Shown piece after piece: positions 12,520 through 25,200 of a stretch of 64,000 nucleotides of DNA. The notes below the pieces were generated by a model. The model did not search any database. It saw only the letters and a program-made list of their open reading frames with translations, and was not told the DNA's origin. Source of the stretch: Phoronis australis (taxonomy: Eukaryota; Animalia; Phoronida); contig NMRA01000746.1 in assembly GCA_002633005.1 (NCBI GenBank), positions 105,041 to 169,040 on the forward strand, given 5' to 3'. The stretch's first letter is position 1, and each line of letters opens with the position of its first letter. The translations under genes and the position numbers were made by a program.

Positions 12520-15500
12520 TCAGTGTTGCAATTTCTTCACTCTGGCAATGAGACACCTGTAGATGTATGGACGATACATGTCGGTCATGCTTTGGGTCAT
12601 GGAACCACACTTTACTCCTTGCACGACTGCTTCCGCATTCTAAAAACGGATATTCATTGAACAATGATGTTATATTTCTTACTTCATTGGTATTCTCTAT
12701 AAGGTTAAACAGACTTCTATTATATGTTTAGTTTAAGTTGTATTCACTTTGTTTCTCTGGGTAAAAATTGAAATTCGCATACAGTTCTTTTGCTCTCATG
12801 AAGTCAGTGTTGTATGTATTCGGTACCCTGATATTTTGTATTTCAATAATTACACATTTTTGTCAGGTTTGACACGCTTTGAGCGTGTAATATGTATAAA
12901 ATTCTCACCCCGGGTATTGGAAAATGTGGGTTAGATGTCATCAATTTAACCTTTTAAAAAGGATCTATTTCAAGTCAACTACTTGTCAACCAATCAGTCG
13001 CAGGACTGCTTCAGTAGAAATCTGCCAACAAACTGAACCTCGGTGACGAATCAGGCCAGAGTCTGGGGTCGGCACAACAAGTTTAATTCCCTTCCTCTCT
13101 AAAATGTTTCTGGGGCAGTATCATGTCGGAAAATGTATGTATCCCCATATTAAGAAATAATGGTCACAGTCTCTTGCTTTAGTGCAGAGGTTGCCCAAAA
13201 ATATTGCTCAATTTGCTCACCATACAAGTGAACACTCCACAGCTGGAGTTATCATCTTGCTTAGTGCTTGGCATTCCCCGACAGTGCCAACCTTCTGGGG
13301 AAATCTTTTCTTGTTCACAGCTCTTGTTCCTTTCCTTAAGATATTCCCTACAAGAAGAATTGCATACCACTACAATAGAAGTTAAAAAAACTTATGTAGG
13401 CCTTAAAAATACATAAACGTTGCTGCTCATTAAGTACATTTGGTTGTCCAAAGCCAACAAGACCAAAACTCCCGAATTGATCACGAAGAAATTTGAGTCA
13501 CCAAAATTTACTTACTGCCAGTGGATGCAGTAATCCTCTGTGTATTCCATCTCTCTCCCTGCTGAGTCATAGATCTCCAGCAATGAACTTGATGGGTATA
13601 CCACCATCAGTAACCAGTGGTCTTTCACATGAATTGGCACCAATATTATATTGAATGCCATGAGCCGTGTCTAAAACATGCACAACAGATATCAAACTGA
13701 ACAGCCCAATTAAAGATACCAAAGCCATGAACAGTACTCAGTACTGTACGTACCAGACATGAGGACTGGGCTAAGTAGTGAAAGTTTTGTTGAATTGCCC
13801 ATGCACAATAGTACGCAAGCTTATGTTGCAACAGCAGTTAACTTTTGGGAGAAAATTCAAAGTTCTGCATTTTTGCAAATAATTTGGACATATGTTGCGA
13901 ACTTTTAAGTTAATGCATCTTACAGATTTTCCATAACACTAGCAGCCAGAGTCAATAATTGATGGCATGGTTTGGTAAGGATGACTAGGTAATCCATGAA
14001 GATCAATGGATCAATCCAATAGGTTACTAATTCTTCGCTGTAGGAAAATCGTTTCTTTGTTCAATATAGGCAAATGTTCACCTGCTCTAGGTTGAGGATG
14101 CCAAAATGTACAAATCAGTTAACATGTTTTGTTAGATGTACTAAGTTCAAATCAAACTCGTGAGTGACACTGAGTGCGACCAAGGTCATATATCCTAAAC
14201 GTTCGGGTTAACGCCCATGTTCACTTATCCGGCCATCCCCAACTTTACGTGAATTTCCAATTTAAACTCGCACTGCTCGGTTAAGTGCACCTCTGTGATT
14301 TTTGAAGATTTCCAGTTAAGTGTCCCCCTCTCGGTTAAGCACCCATCACTGACTTTAAAGATTGAAGATTTAGTGTGCTAAGGAAACGCACCAATTCCCT
14401 GACTTAGATAAAGATCGGTGATAACAATGATTGCAACGACAGCCTTCGAGACGATGCCTCCGAGACGGCGGTTTGGCAATGTGAATTATAATACAAGTAA
14501 CGAATTATTGTCCTGGGTCATGGACTTATTCAAAATATAATACTTAAACGTTTTTGTCACGTTATTTTATTCCATTGTTCGAAAAGTTTAAGAACCCAAC
14601 CAGAGATGTTTTTGTGCTGCGCGTTTCCATCTGCAGTGCACTTGACAAAATATATTCAAAAAAATCAGGCCAGAGAAATGTGACAGTGGTTCAATTGCCA
14701 ACCCAACATTTAATTCGCTTTAGGTGGGATTAGGCTCTCGTATTTTGAAGAACTCCCATTACTTACGGAAAGATGCCAAATTCTCCCTATTTTGATGAAT
14801 GTAATTGCCGAGTTATAGAAGATGTATGGCAACCAAAGGGACAATGTTTCTCAATGGGTTAGTGAATTGCTGTCCCTTGATTTCTGTATTTTGTGTATTA
14901 TCTTGAAGTAATAAAAAACTGCTCGTCAAATTTGGTTTTACGCTTATTGCATCTCAGTCAACAGGCGTTAGCAGATTTCACCAATGTCGCTGGTGGTTCT
15001 TTATAATGCAATTTCTTGCGACAACCCCTGCCCAGGCATGCATGACTATGAACTATCATTTCCACCCATCTTTTTGACTGTCCTGAATAATATTGTTTCT
15101 GCATTAGCCAGTTTCAGCTTGAACAAAATTCTTGCCATAAGAGTCTGAAATATCTATGACGTAGACTGACTGAAAATTGGCGACATTGGGGTGGAGGTGC
15201 ACGAGCTAGCTCTGGGCATGGAATATCAGGACTAGAGAACATCGGGCCTAGCAAACATCGGGCCCAGGGAACATCCGGCCTAGGGAACATCCGGCCTAGC
15301 AAACATCGGGCCTAGCAAATATCGAGCCCAGGGAACATCGGGCCTAGGGAACATCGAGCTTAGGGAACATTGGGTCTCAACGGACCATCAAGACAGTTTT
15401 GGGGAACATTGTAATGTAGGAATATCGTAAAGCACTGGGTCTTTTATAACAACATGTTATATTAACATCAACGTAATGTAAGTGACAGGTGACTCATACC

Positions 15501-18500
15501 TACGTGTGTGCTGAATCCTGCCGCTGTTTTTAGCCATAAAAAACGAGGCCGTTATATTACTTGATAGCATTTCCCAAGTCACAATTGTCAGCCGGGACAC
15601 TACGCGCAAACACCGGGACAGACCAGTGCCGGCTGTGCCATATTGTAGGTGATGTTATAATAAGATAATCTGGACATCTTGCATGTAAAATAAATGTTTT
15701 TCCACCACGTAAGTTGATCGTTTAAGAATGAATAGAAACAGCACTGATTTGTGATGTTTTATCACATAATTATGCCATATTTTGAAATTTTCTTCGGCAT
15801 AACTAAAAAATTGCAAAAGTAGTCAAAATGTTAGCGAATGAAATGTGCAAAAGATAGCTTCTGAATATGTTCCAAGACTTGTTTACAAGTCAATGAGAGT
15901 GCTGTTTGCTCTCTATCAGTGTTCAACTCGATTTGGCAACAACCAAATAAATAGGCCGGATTCACAAGAGGTGCGTTATGTTTGCCAGGTGTCTACTTTC
16001 CGCCAAAAATTTGACTTGCGTATGTTTGAAATTCCATGTCGCGTGTTGTGACTATACATACAAGATGACCAAAGCGGTCTACAGTTTGTGGTGCAGAGTA
16101 CTGGTCCCAACAACACCGACTCAGTAACTTTTTATTGACGAATGGCTCGATTGTTCGCTTACCCCCGATTCTTGTCTTCTTTGCCTGGCATGTTTCACGC
16201 AACGGAAGTGAGCAGCGCCATGAGGTCGAGATAAAACAGCTAGCCACAGATTCATACGTTGAAAACATCATTGAGTCACAGAGTCTCAAACGTAAACATC
16301 CCAAACACAAAAAACACCTGAATTAGTTTTTCAAACTTTTATACAACTACCGTATTCGCCATAATAACCGCCCATGCCCCACCCCCCCATGCGTTTTCAG
16401 ACTTTGCTGATCGTGCCCAGTCCATGAACGTGTACATGCGAACAGTGACTTACCTACAGTCCTAAAACTGGGCTACAGTAACGTCTTCGATTTATCAAAA
16501 ATTTTGCGCGGGTCTTCTAGACCACCAGCGGCACTGCTACGTTTGTATTTAGCCGTGACTATACACCTCAAACTAACAGTGAACTTCAAAAAGAACGCAA
16601 CAACTTTGCTACTCTTGCAACGAATGTGTCCCACAATGGTCTGACCTTTCAGTACAGACACAGCGACTGTCTCATGAATAAAAATAACTCGGTGTTAAAC
16701 ACACGTGGCTAGGAAGCGCGCGCTACATACATGAACCTGTCATCAAAGACATTAAACGGGAACTATCCATTCACGAAGCGGTAGCATAGCATCAGTAAGA
16801 AATGAATATTGGCACTGATTTCCGACTGTTTCTAATACTATAAAAAATGTTTGCGTTATTTTTAAGATGGATTGTTTGATTAACCATAATTGGTGTTTTC
16901 ACTGAAGTTAAGCCATCAATATCTGATAAAATGACAACTGACAGTGAATGCTTAAACACCCTTACACCGAAAAATAACTGTTAGATAGTTACGTAGGCAT
17001 CTAGGTACATGGCGACTATGGGCCTTACCGAGACAAATGTTGAACATTTTTAGCACATGAGACCTCCAAGTGCTGAATGAAACACGCTCTGGTTTAGGCC
17101 TACTGCTTGTGCAAATTTCTTTAGATACAATGCACATCTAGATTGTTAGATTGCGTGGCTCTGGCCAAAAGACGGTCTCTGCTGTGGCAAATGAACTCTG
17201 GTGATACGCACGCGCTCGCTTACTCACAAATGCAGACAAACTTCAAAACAAATGTCACGTGACAACAACATGTGTGTTCATCCAGACATTTTTCTCGTGT
17301 TGCCGATCATACATGTAGGTGGCACGATGTAGCATAGATTTGTACTTAGACCTGCCGTTAATCCCGACTTCACGGGAATTTAAAAATCTTAGCGACGCTA
17401 CTTGGAAAACTTTAAAGGAGGATTTCAGATAATTTGCTTAAGTCGAAACTATATTTTTATTCAAGCATTTAAGTCGCCATAATCGACGATGACGATTGCG
17501 AGGCAGTCAGTCGGTGAGTTTTCGCCCTAGGATTTCAGCACAATTTTCTGTAAAATGATCGTAATTTAACATCAAAGTTTAATAGCAGTGAACCACAGGT
17601 TTGCGGAAAGTCTTTCATAGATTACAATACATCACAGAGCATAAATTTTATGAATTTTAGCTTCTGATTTCACCCGTTTTTGAGACCGGGTTTCAATCGC
17701 CTTGGGTTATAATAAGTGCCCCCCGCCTGAACCGAACTTTTTTAAGTGCCCCGGGCGGTTATTACTGTGAATATGGTAATTTTAAAACTGCTCTGACTCT
17801 GAACTTGACAGCTACCATGGGACTGTAACCATTAATTTGATGTCTGCCGTCTCGACCTTTTCAACACGTGAAGCTTGCAGGCGCGCACTTTTGCAGGTGT
17901 CACTATGTCAGAATAGTTGCAATCCAAGTGGAGTGTTGTGTGGTCATTAGTCGTCTGCACACTTCATCTCTAACAAAGTAACAAGGCCGTAGGACGGCAC
18001 TGGTCTATTACTCAGCAATTTTGAAAATTGTGAATGACTAAAAGTCTGAGGGCAGCAGAACCTTTATTGGGATTGTCCGCTGTCATGACATTTTTAGTGT
18101 CAGTTGGCGACATGATGATAATTAAAGCTCTTGAAAATTACCGAATAAGCCTGTCGTGTGGGGACTCGGATCACAAGGTAACATTAACCGCCCAGGGTGG
18201 TTTTTTCTCGTATAAGCGCCCATGTTCAGTTAACCGCCCACCCGCAATTTCTTGAAATTTCACAAATAAGTGCCCATGTCTGGTTGACCGTCCATCCCCG
18301 ATTTTTTAGGTTGCCAATTTAACCACCCACAGCGATAAGTCAAACATTTTCGATATTACAAATGTAACACAAACCTTGCGCTTGACTATATTACCTTAGG
18401 AAAGTAGTAGTCACTTAATTTATACTTCCTTTCTTGCCACGCTTTTGTTATATGGCATGTCAACCAGGTTACACCTCTGTTGATGGTTGCCAGCACATTC

Positions 18501-19081
18501 ATTTGCCCATCTATAACCTGAAAAATATTGAAATCTAACTTTAGAATCTCAGTTAACACAAAACAAAACTAATTTCTATGTTGAATGAAAAATGGTATAA
18601 ATAAGCCTGCTGTCGGGACTCGACTTGTTCACATTAGGAAAGAGCAGATGTCATGATTTTACATAATGTTAGCCTCTGACTAGAGATCTCATCGAGGTTC
18701 CACAGCGTACATGCACCTTCCTATTTTGACTCTTTACAGCTGCTCACTAATTCTAAGGAAACTATCTCATGCTCAACAAAAATGTGGAATTATATAGAGT
18801 CTGAGAAATATTACAAATAAAACAATTTTTCCTGAGTGAAGCCCATTAAGAACCATTGTCCGTGAATGCTATGCAATGTTACAGATCGAGAATTTTCATT
18901 TGCCGAGTACTCATTCAAGTTCCAATACAGACTGCTAAACATACCCTATCATTTAGCCGTCCAAATAAGGAATCCAGATCACTTTGTTCAACGTTCACAC
19001 TTATGGGACGAAAGGGTGGCTGATCTGCTATCATATGTGGCATTGGTGGGGCATTCTCTTGCTGTGGCTTCTGCATAGAGT
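12520..19081 (-). CDS. Spliced Ulp1/SENP-family (peptidase C48) SUMO-protease-like gene; exons 19081-18945, 18517-18395, 13670-13516, 13347-13221, 12639-12520
   Basis: All introns are GT-AG and phases match (1>0>0>2>0). The joined translation is ...EQSDLDSLFGRLNDR|VIDGQMNVL...YYFPK|TRLMAFNIILVPIHVKDHWLLMVV...EIYDS...HWQ|EYLK...KQDDNSSCGVFTCM|NAEAVVQG...MTQ...YRPYI...QH*. It carries the C48 motifs xLND-VI, VPIH..HW, YDS and Q.D..SCGVF with no internal stop. The 5' end is unresolved. Confidence 0.88.
15236..15380. repeat. 16-17 bp minisatellite (aacatcgggcctagc/gg) inside family B
   Basis: Tandem units read directly; only 2-3 degenerate units at about 34395-34435 in copy 2. Confidence 0.85.
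16350..17776 (-). mobile_element. Family A element, both ends intact, TA target duplication
   Basis: TA|ccgtattcgccataataaccgccc ... gggcggttattactgtgaatatgg|TA; empty site seen in family B copy 2 at about 36052; retains the C-terminal half of the HIRAN-like ORF (16473-16661). Confidence 0.9.
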
Positions 19082-19219
19082 CTACGAAATAAGATTATTT
19101 TCAGATGATCAAGTTAAAAAATTACTAAAAGCTGTTAATACTAATTATAATGATGGCTTTTGCCGATCAGCACACAAATGATAGCCGTTCGGCATCAGTT
19201 TGGGGCACTCGGTACTAAC

Positions 19220-19283
19220 CTGTGCGCCGTTTCAAATCCATTGTATCGAAACGTCCACAACTCCAAAGTACATATGTCTGCAG
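19220..19283 (-). CDS. Candidate upstream exon of the Ulp1-like gene (may contain start: MDLKRRT)
   Basis: Donor ACAG|GTTAGT is phase 1, matching the acceptor at 19081. ATG at 19241 is in an acaATGG context, with acceptor options at 19277/19283. Confidence 0.4.
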
Positions 19284-20230
19284 CTGAATAACATTGATTA
19301 TGTTAAAAAATAACTAAAAGCAGTTAATTATCTGTCTATTTCTATCAATTGTTTTCCCCAATCATTGCGTTTGACAGTCAGTCGGCAACAGTTTGGCGCT
19401 CTCGCTGTTACCCATGCGTCCTTAGAAATTTTGGGGCCCAGATTTTTTTGAAGCATCCATTTTCAGGTGGATTTAAGGTATTTTATGTCACCTAATGGCC
19501 ATTTTTACTGTTTTCGTTTTAAGGATGATTTTGAAAATTGGCATATATTTCTTAGTATGAAGAGGATAGTTGGCGATGACAATGTCGGCTACTTTGGTGC
19601 TTCCTAGTGGTGGTTTTGTTTTGTTTTGCGCCCATAGCTGTATCTCCTAAACCCATTGCCGGGTCTTTATTAAAAGGAGTGAGTGTATTTAATGGAAGCT
19701 AACAATAGATGGCGACTTTCAGCACACTGCGCCCCTAGTGGCAGTTTCATTTTTATGTGCTTGCATATTTATATGTGGACGCATTATGCCGTCATCTTCT
19801 TCCGTCTGGCGTCTGCTGCTCTATCTCTAAAACGCCTGGATGTATTTTCATGAAATTTTACACGTGTGTTTTTTCTGTGAATGGGACGGCATGAGCGAAC
19901 TTTTGGACAGGTCCGACTACCAGTGTGCCCCCTAGTGGCAATTTTATTTTTTTACGTTTACCTCTGTATCTTCAAAAGTCATGAATGGATTTTCATAAAA
20001 TTTGGTATATAGGCACCTATTAGTGAGATGACGCTGTGCTCCCGTTTTCAAATGGATTCAATGTAGTTTGTGCCATCTAGTGGCTATTTTCATGATACAA
20101 ATACATAACACTAGCGGCACACCGTTTGCCGTGTATTCGTGAGCGCATTTTGACACTCTGCGTTGCTCTTGTTTATATGATAGGTAGGGCTGTAGAGATT
20201 GTTTTCAAATGACACCCACATAACAGGGAG

Positions 20231-20463
20231 CAGTGGCAGATCTACGTTTTCAGTGAGAGGGGGTTTAGGATTCCCGCAAATCCGAAGCGCGTAGAACCGA
20301 GCAGAGGGAATGTTGGGAGGGGGTTTCTGCCGTCCCATGTAATGTTTTTTAGTTTTTAGTAGCTGATTTCATTTTCCTGTTGACATTTATTTTTAATTTT
20401 TATTTTTGATCTTGTCCCAAAAGGGGTTTGAACACCTGAACATCACCCCTAGATCCGCTTCTG
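20231..20463. mobile_element. hAT-like MITE
   Basis: TIR cagtggcagatcta / tagatccgcttctg; no 8-bp TSD visible (only gag on both sides). Confidence 0.55.
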
Positions 20464-20820
20464 GAGATATTCAATTGAATTCCTCTCCTTGATGAAGCTC
20501 TGCAAGAGGTGCCCGGGGCATTGGTAGCAGGCGGAGGAGTGTTGGGTAATTTCCAGGCTGCTGAATGGTCATGTGTTGAAACATCATTGTGATGTCTATC
20601 ACTTCTCCAATTTGTCTTTTCGGTGCTTGTCTTTGAAGTCAGGATACGCTTGGTCTACCCACAGTTAAATAATTTGTGACTGTTAGAAAATAATTTTGCT
20701 ATAAAATGCACTGACTGCAACCCTGATTAAGAAGAGTGTCACTCTGCTTGAAAGTACACATCTCATTTGGTACATTTGTAGCAACTACAAACTAGGGTTT
20801 TGTGATCAAGATTAACTTAC

Positions 20821-21049
20821 CGAGGCATTGCGTACCTTTTGGCAGAAAGTCACATTTTAAGTATTATTGTTGGATGGAATGTATACGCCTTGAAGAGATA
20901 GCCTTGACTGGAACTCCATAAGAAGAATGCCTGTGCATCTCTCTAGCTATTATAAGTACTTGCTTTTGCCTCACAAACCGCTGTTGATTTGAATGTGTGT
21001 TGTAGGCGATCATTTCTTTTTCGACGCTGATTTTTATACGACTACTGTT
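20821..21049 (-). pseudogene. Degenerate exon paralogous to the one beginning at about 30641
   Basis: Shared acceptor ttattttag|aacag, flank and exon start (aaaaatcag..gtc.aaaaag..atgatc.cctacaac); stops or frameshift in both copies. Confidence 0.4.
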
Positions 21050-21169
21050 CTAAAATAAGTCGTTTCTTGTTAAACAGTTGGAAACGGTCATATACAATAA
21101 TTGTGAAATAAACCTCAACAATATTCAAGTTATTTCTCTACCTATCAACTGTTCATTCCTGGTGCCATT

Positions 21170-21418
21170 TTAGTGTGAATTCAGAATTTTGGTCTAACTG
21201 AAATTTCCTCAGAAACAGCCAGTGAGCGTGTTTGTTTATCTTAAATTTTGTCTCCCAATTTTTGCAAATCCAAATTCTAACTCAATTCTCACTGAGAAAT
21301 TTGAAATTCTCATTGGATTCTTACTCAGAATTTTCCTAAAGACTGAGTTCTCACTGTTACATGTTATTTGCTCACTATTTTATCACTGACTGTCCCAGCT
21401 GTTCAGTTCCCGCTAGGG
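21170..21418 (-). mobile_element. Probable CMC/EnSpm-like terminus (CCC end with subterminal AGTGAGAA-type repeats)
   Basis: Minus strand reads CCCTAGCGGGAACTG followed by repeated (c)agtgagaa(t/c)t motifs; partner end not identified. Confidence 0.4.
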
Positions 21419-21519
21419 TACTGGCATTTCTAACTCTAAGGGGAGAATCTAACTGGAATCTCACTGGATTTGTTATTACATTATGACACCGCATATTAGT
21501 TAAGTAAGAAATACTCAGA

Positions 21520-23261
21520 AAGTTCTGTTCAGAAAAAAGATTATGAATGCCCGTCTACAATCAGGATGGCCATCTCAGTTTTCTCCAACCTGGAAACTGC
21601 CTTGTCACCACTCCAGACCTGTAGTAACAGTTGACAAAGTTGCTTTTTGTAGTTCTCGTTTGCAAGAAAGATTTTGAATTCATATGGCTTTTGTGTAGCT
21701 TGTCCACCCAAAATTATTTTCTCTGAACTGCAAAATTACCAAATGTTGGAGGGAGATTAACTAACGTGTGGAGAAGTGCAAAACGATCTTGGATGAACAG
21801 AACATCCTCGGGATAATGAAAGTCTTCTGGCGAAATGTTGTTCAGAAAATAATGCGAAATGGAGGCTTTGTTGGAAAAAATACCTGTTCCAAGACAAGTG
21901 GGCATGGGTATCGGGCTGTACTTAATGAGTTTTGGCATGTTCAATGGCTCACCCAGTGTCTGGGATTTAACAGAGTGTTCTAAAACCCTCTCAACCCCCA
22001 CAACCCCCACGGCCTGCGGCAATATATGCATCTGTGCTTTTTACATGTTTCATAATCATATCACGTCTCTGAGTGACTTTTCCATAACACATACCTACGC
22101 GAGAATCAGATCTAGCTCTAGTCTGATGGTTAAAACAGAAAGTGGATTAAGAACATGATCTGATAGCCGATTGTGAGCATGCTATTGTTGTCATGGAAAT
22201 AGTTCCACGAGTAGCTACCAATTGCCTTGTTCTACTAAACTAAGGGAGAGAGTACGTTAACGTGAATGCACATAATTTCACATTTTTATTTGTTTTCTGT
22301 TGTATACTCGTTTACACTATACTACACGAAATGTTGAGATACTTTTTTAGTTAACAGTTTGTTTTTCAAATTGTATTTACTGAAGAAATGTGAATAGGGG
22401 AATAGCTTTTTCTGTGATAACCCATTTTCTTCCAATTCATTTGGAAGAAGAGAAGAAATCTGATCACACACAGTCTTTGTAGTATGTGGAGAATCACATG
22501 GCTGTTGCAGAAGTTTGTCCCGAATTTCATGAAGCTGCTGCAGTTTTTCGCTTGCTGTTCCTCTGACATTGTTAAGATTGTACAATTGCCATGTTCATTT
22601 ATAGAGTCTAAATGGCGAATGGATATGGATAGAGTGTGCTTTGATGTCAGTAGATAAGCTTCGACCTCACTGTTTTCTTATAGGCAGGATTTTTACATCT
22701 GCGTGGATAGCTGCCTTAATTTCGAATGTAGTCCTATTTTCCCTGTCCCCAGATTTGGATTCGCGCTGATTGACATACACGTCAACAGGCTATTTGTATA
22801 TTTTGATATTAATTTGTATTCAAGGTTTTTTTAATTCTAAACCTTTGGACTGTAATGTCACAGTTTATTTCCATGGATGAGTCAACATCAAAGTCCTGAA
22901 TTTGGATAAAAACAGGAGATTGTCATGCCCCACACAGCACTTCTGCTCCATGTGTTGAGTGTTTTATACCTGTACCATGTTGAAGATAGCTTGTATTTCT
23001 TACTTGTTGTTTTAATGTAATGTTTGACCCACAAAACATCAGTCCAAACGTTTAGTTCTTTCAATTATATGAAATAGTCGGCAACATATTACGAAATCAC
23101 GCAAAATCGGTAATGGCGGCACTAATTTGCATAAAAAACATACGAGGGACGTTTTTTCGGCTTGTTAACATCATTTTTCTGTTTTCATGCATATTTTCCT
23201 TCATAAAAATTCAACTTAGAAGTTGAAGTCCGGGGGTGCACGGAGAGCCATTTTTCGACTA
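21520..23261 (-). mobile_element. Academ-like DNA transposon, internally deleted
   Basis: Terminus TAGTCGAAAAATGGCTCTCCGTGCACCCCCGGAC. Degenerate coding fragments EKLQQLHEIRD...CDQI...GYHR (22380-22650) and KYSPIPMPTCLGT...NKAS...LPPTFG...KPYEFKIFLANENYKKQLCQLLLQVW (21545-21960) resemble Academ transposase/XPG proteins. Confidence 0.65.
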
Positions 23262-23956
23262 GACAAGAATCTCACTGGATTTATTTATTTATTTATTATT
23301 GTGATATTTAAAATGAGGGTGGTCTCTTCAGTGATAGCACTGCTTTCCAAGAGGGCCCTCAACAAGAAAAACAGTAATCTAATACAATGAAGTAATAAAA
23401 CAAGAATGAAATATACGCAACAAAAATACATTTAAAACAGGTTGAGAATTAAAACATTAACTAAATGACGAATAATGGTAAAAATTTAACTAAGACAGGT
23501 GAAATAAATTAAGAGATGACTCTAGACAGTGAGAGTATATACGACAATGAAAAATGACATGAATAAGACACTGCCACGGTTATAGGTAAATTACAGCCAC
23601 TTTTTAATATTTACTTTAAAGGTAGTGATTGAATTGGACCGTTTAATTTCTGGGCTAAGAGAATTCCATATTATAGCAGCTGCATAGATAAAAGATCTCT
23701 TGCTCATCTCAGTTTTAATTTTTTTAGAAGAAACATTGCCAGCAACAGAAGAACCTGTAGAATATACAGCCTGGCTGCTATTGAATTTACTGCTGAGATA
23801 TGGTGGAGCCAAACCATTGATACATCTGTACATACAAAAGGCAGAGAGATATTTATTTCTTTGTCATACTTTCATAAATCTCAGCTTGGAATACAAGTCG
23901 TCAACCCTAGTGTCCCTAATTCTAGTACCCAGGATAGCCCTGGCGGCTCTATTTTG

Positions 23957-25200
23957 CATGTCCTGAACACATCCACTAAAACAAGAAACTGTAGGAACAC
24001 AGCATTTATCCACCTTCACTCTTATCAGGCTTCTATTGTGAGTCAGCATGCGTGAATAATTGGCTGATAAGCCACCTCTGGAACTACTTTTGGCTGAATG
24101 GATGACCAGGCCATAAAATGATAATTAGCCAAGACCAGTTACTATAATGCAACAAAGAATAATGTCTTGCATCACCTAGCCTTGGTGGAAAGCTGTATAC
24201 TGTATTGNNNNNNNNNNNNNNNNNNNNNNNNNNNNNNNNNNNNNNNNNNNNNNNNNNNNNNNNNNNNNNNNNNNNNNNNNNNNNNNNNNNNNNNNNNNNN
24301 NNNNNNNNNNNNNNNNNNNNNNNNNNNNNNNNNNNNNNNNNNNNNNNNNNNNNNNNNNNNNNNNNNNNNNNNNNNNNNNNNNNNNNNNNNNNNNNNNNNN
24401 NNNNNNNNNNNNNNNNNNNNNNNNNNNNNNNNNNNNNNNNNNNNNNNNNNNNNNNNNNNNNNNNNNNNNNNNNNNNNNNNNNNNNNNNNNNNNNNNNNNN
24501 NNNNNNNNNNNNNNNNNNNNNNNNNNNNNNNNNNNNNNNNNNNNNNNNNNNNNNNNNNNNNNNNNNNNNNNNNNNNNNNNNNNNNNNNNNNNNNNNNNNN
24601 NNNNNNNNNNNNNNNNNNNNNNNNNNNNNNNNNNNNNNNNNNNNNNNNNNNNNNNNNNNNNNNNNNNNNNNNNNNNNNNNNNNNNNNNNNNNNNNNNNNN
24701 NNNNNNNNNNNNNNNNNNNNNNNNNNNNNNNNNNNNNNNNNNNNACGTATTTTGAATATTGCAATGCATGTGTTCCAAAATCTAAATAACTTGGGTCCTA
24801 TATTTTTGTATTAGTGCGCGCTGAATGAAAGTAATCGTGAGTGTTGCTGTGTTGCAAAATCTCTTATCCTGGGCCGATTTGAAAAATTCAAAGTTGTACT
24901 CATATTTGTTTTCGCTCCTCTTTTCAAATATTACAGTAAAAACTACGTAAAACTCTCCATAAAAAGTACAGTCTGCTAGCTAGATTGTAATCAGCTGATC
25001 ATATCCGCATGAGCGAAGCCAATTATCCTCGCTCGTGACTCGATGATTAGAGCAGCTTGGCGGCATCCCTTTGATCGTGAGCCGAGCGCGATTCAGCCAA
25101 GGTGGATAAATACGGTCTAGTTCAATTTTCCATAACCCACCGTTTACCTTAACCACTGGGGTTAGAACCAATCTTATTTAGTGGGAATGTTCATAGCATG
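23957..25200. mobile_element. Unclassified TIR element with CATG termini, spanning the N gap; other ends at 56978, 57616, about 58927, 60693
   Basis: Ends CATGTCCTGAACACATCCACTAAA and CATGCTATGAACATTCCCACTAAA; it splits the LINE frame KVQVI|QNRAAR. Confidence 0.8.
24208..24744. other. Assembly gap
   Basis: Run of N. Confidence 1.

Larger units (their letters stand above)
14191..18355. mobile_element. Tc2-like element family B, copy 1, in an intron of the Ulp1-like gene; hosts a nested family A element
   Basis: Left end tatcctaaacgttcgggttaacgccc matches the reverse complement of the copy 2 right end (tactgtaaaaattcgggttaatgccc); subterminal ttaaccgccc repeats; colinear with 33390-36539. Confidence 0.8.

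Noticed and set aside
12987-13110. Open stretch NILERKG...LRLIG* as last protease exon
   Set aside because: No suitable phase-0 acceptor; exon 12639-12520 (NAEAV...YR) fits the C48 C-terminus much better.
24084-24814. Long ORFs in the track
   Set aside because: Artefacts of the N gap.
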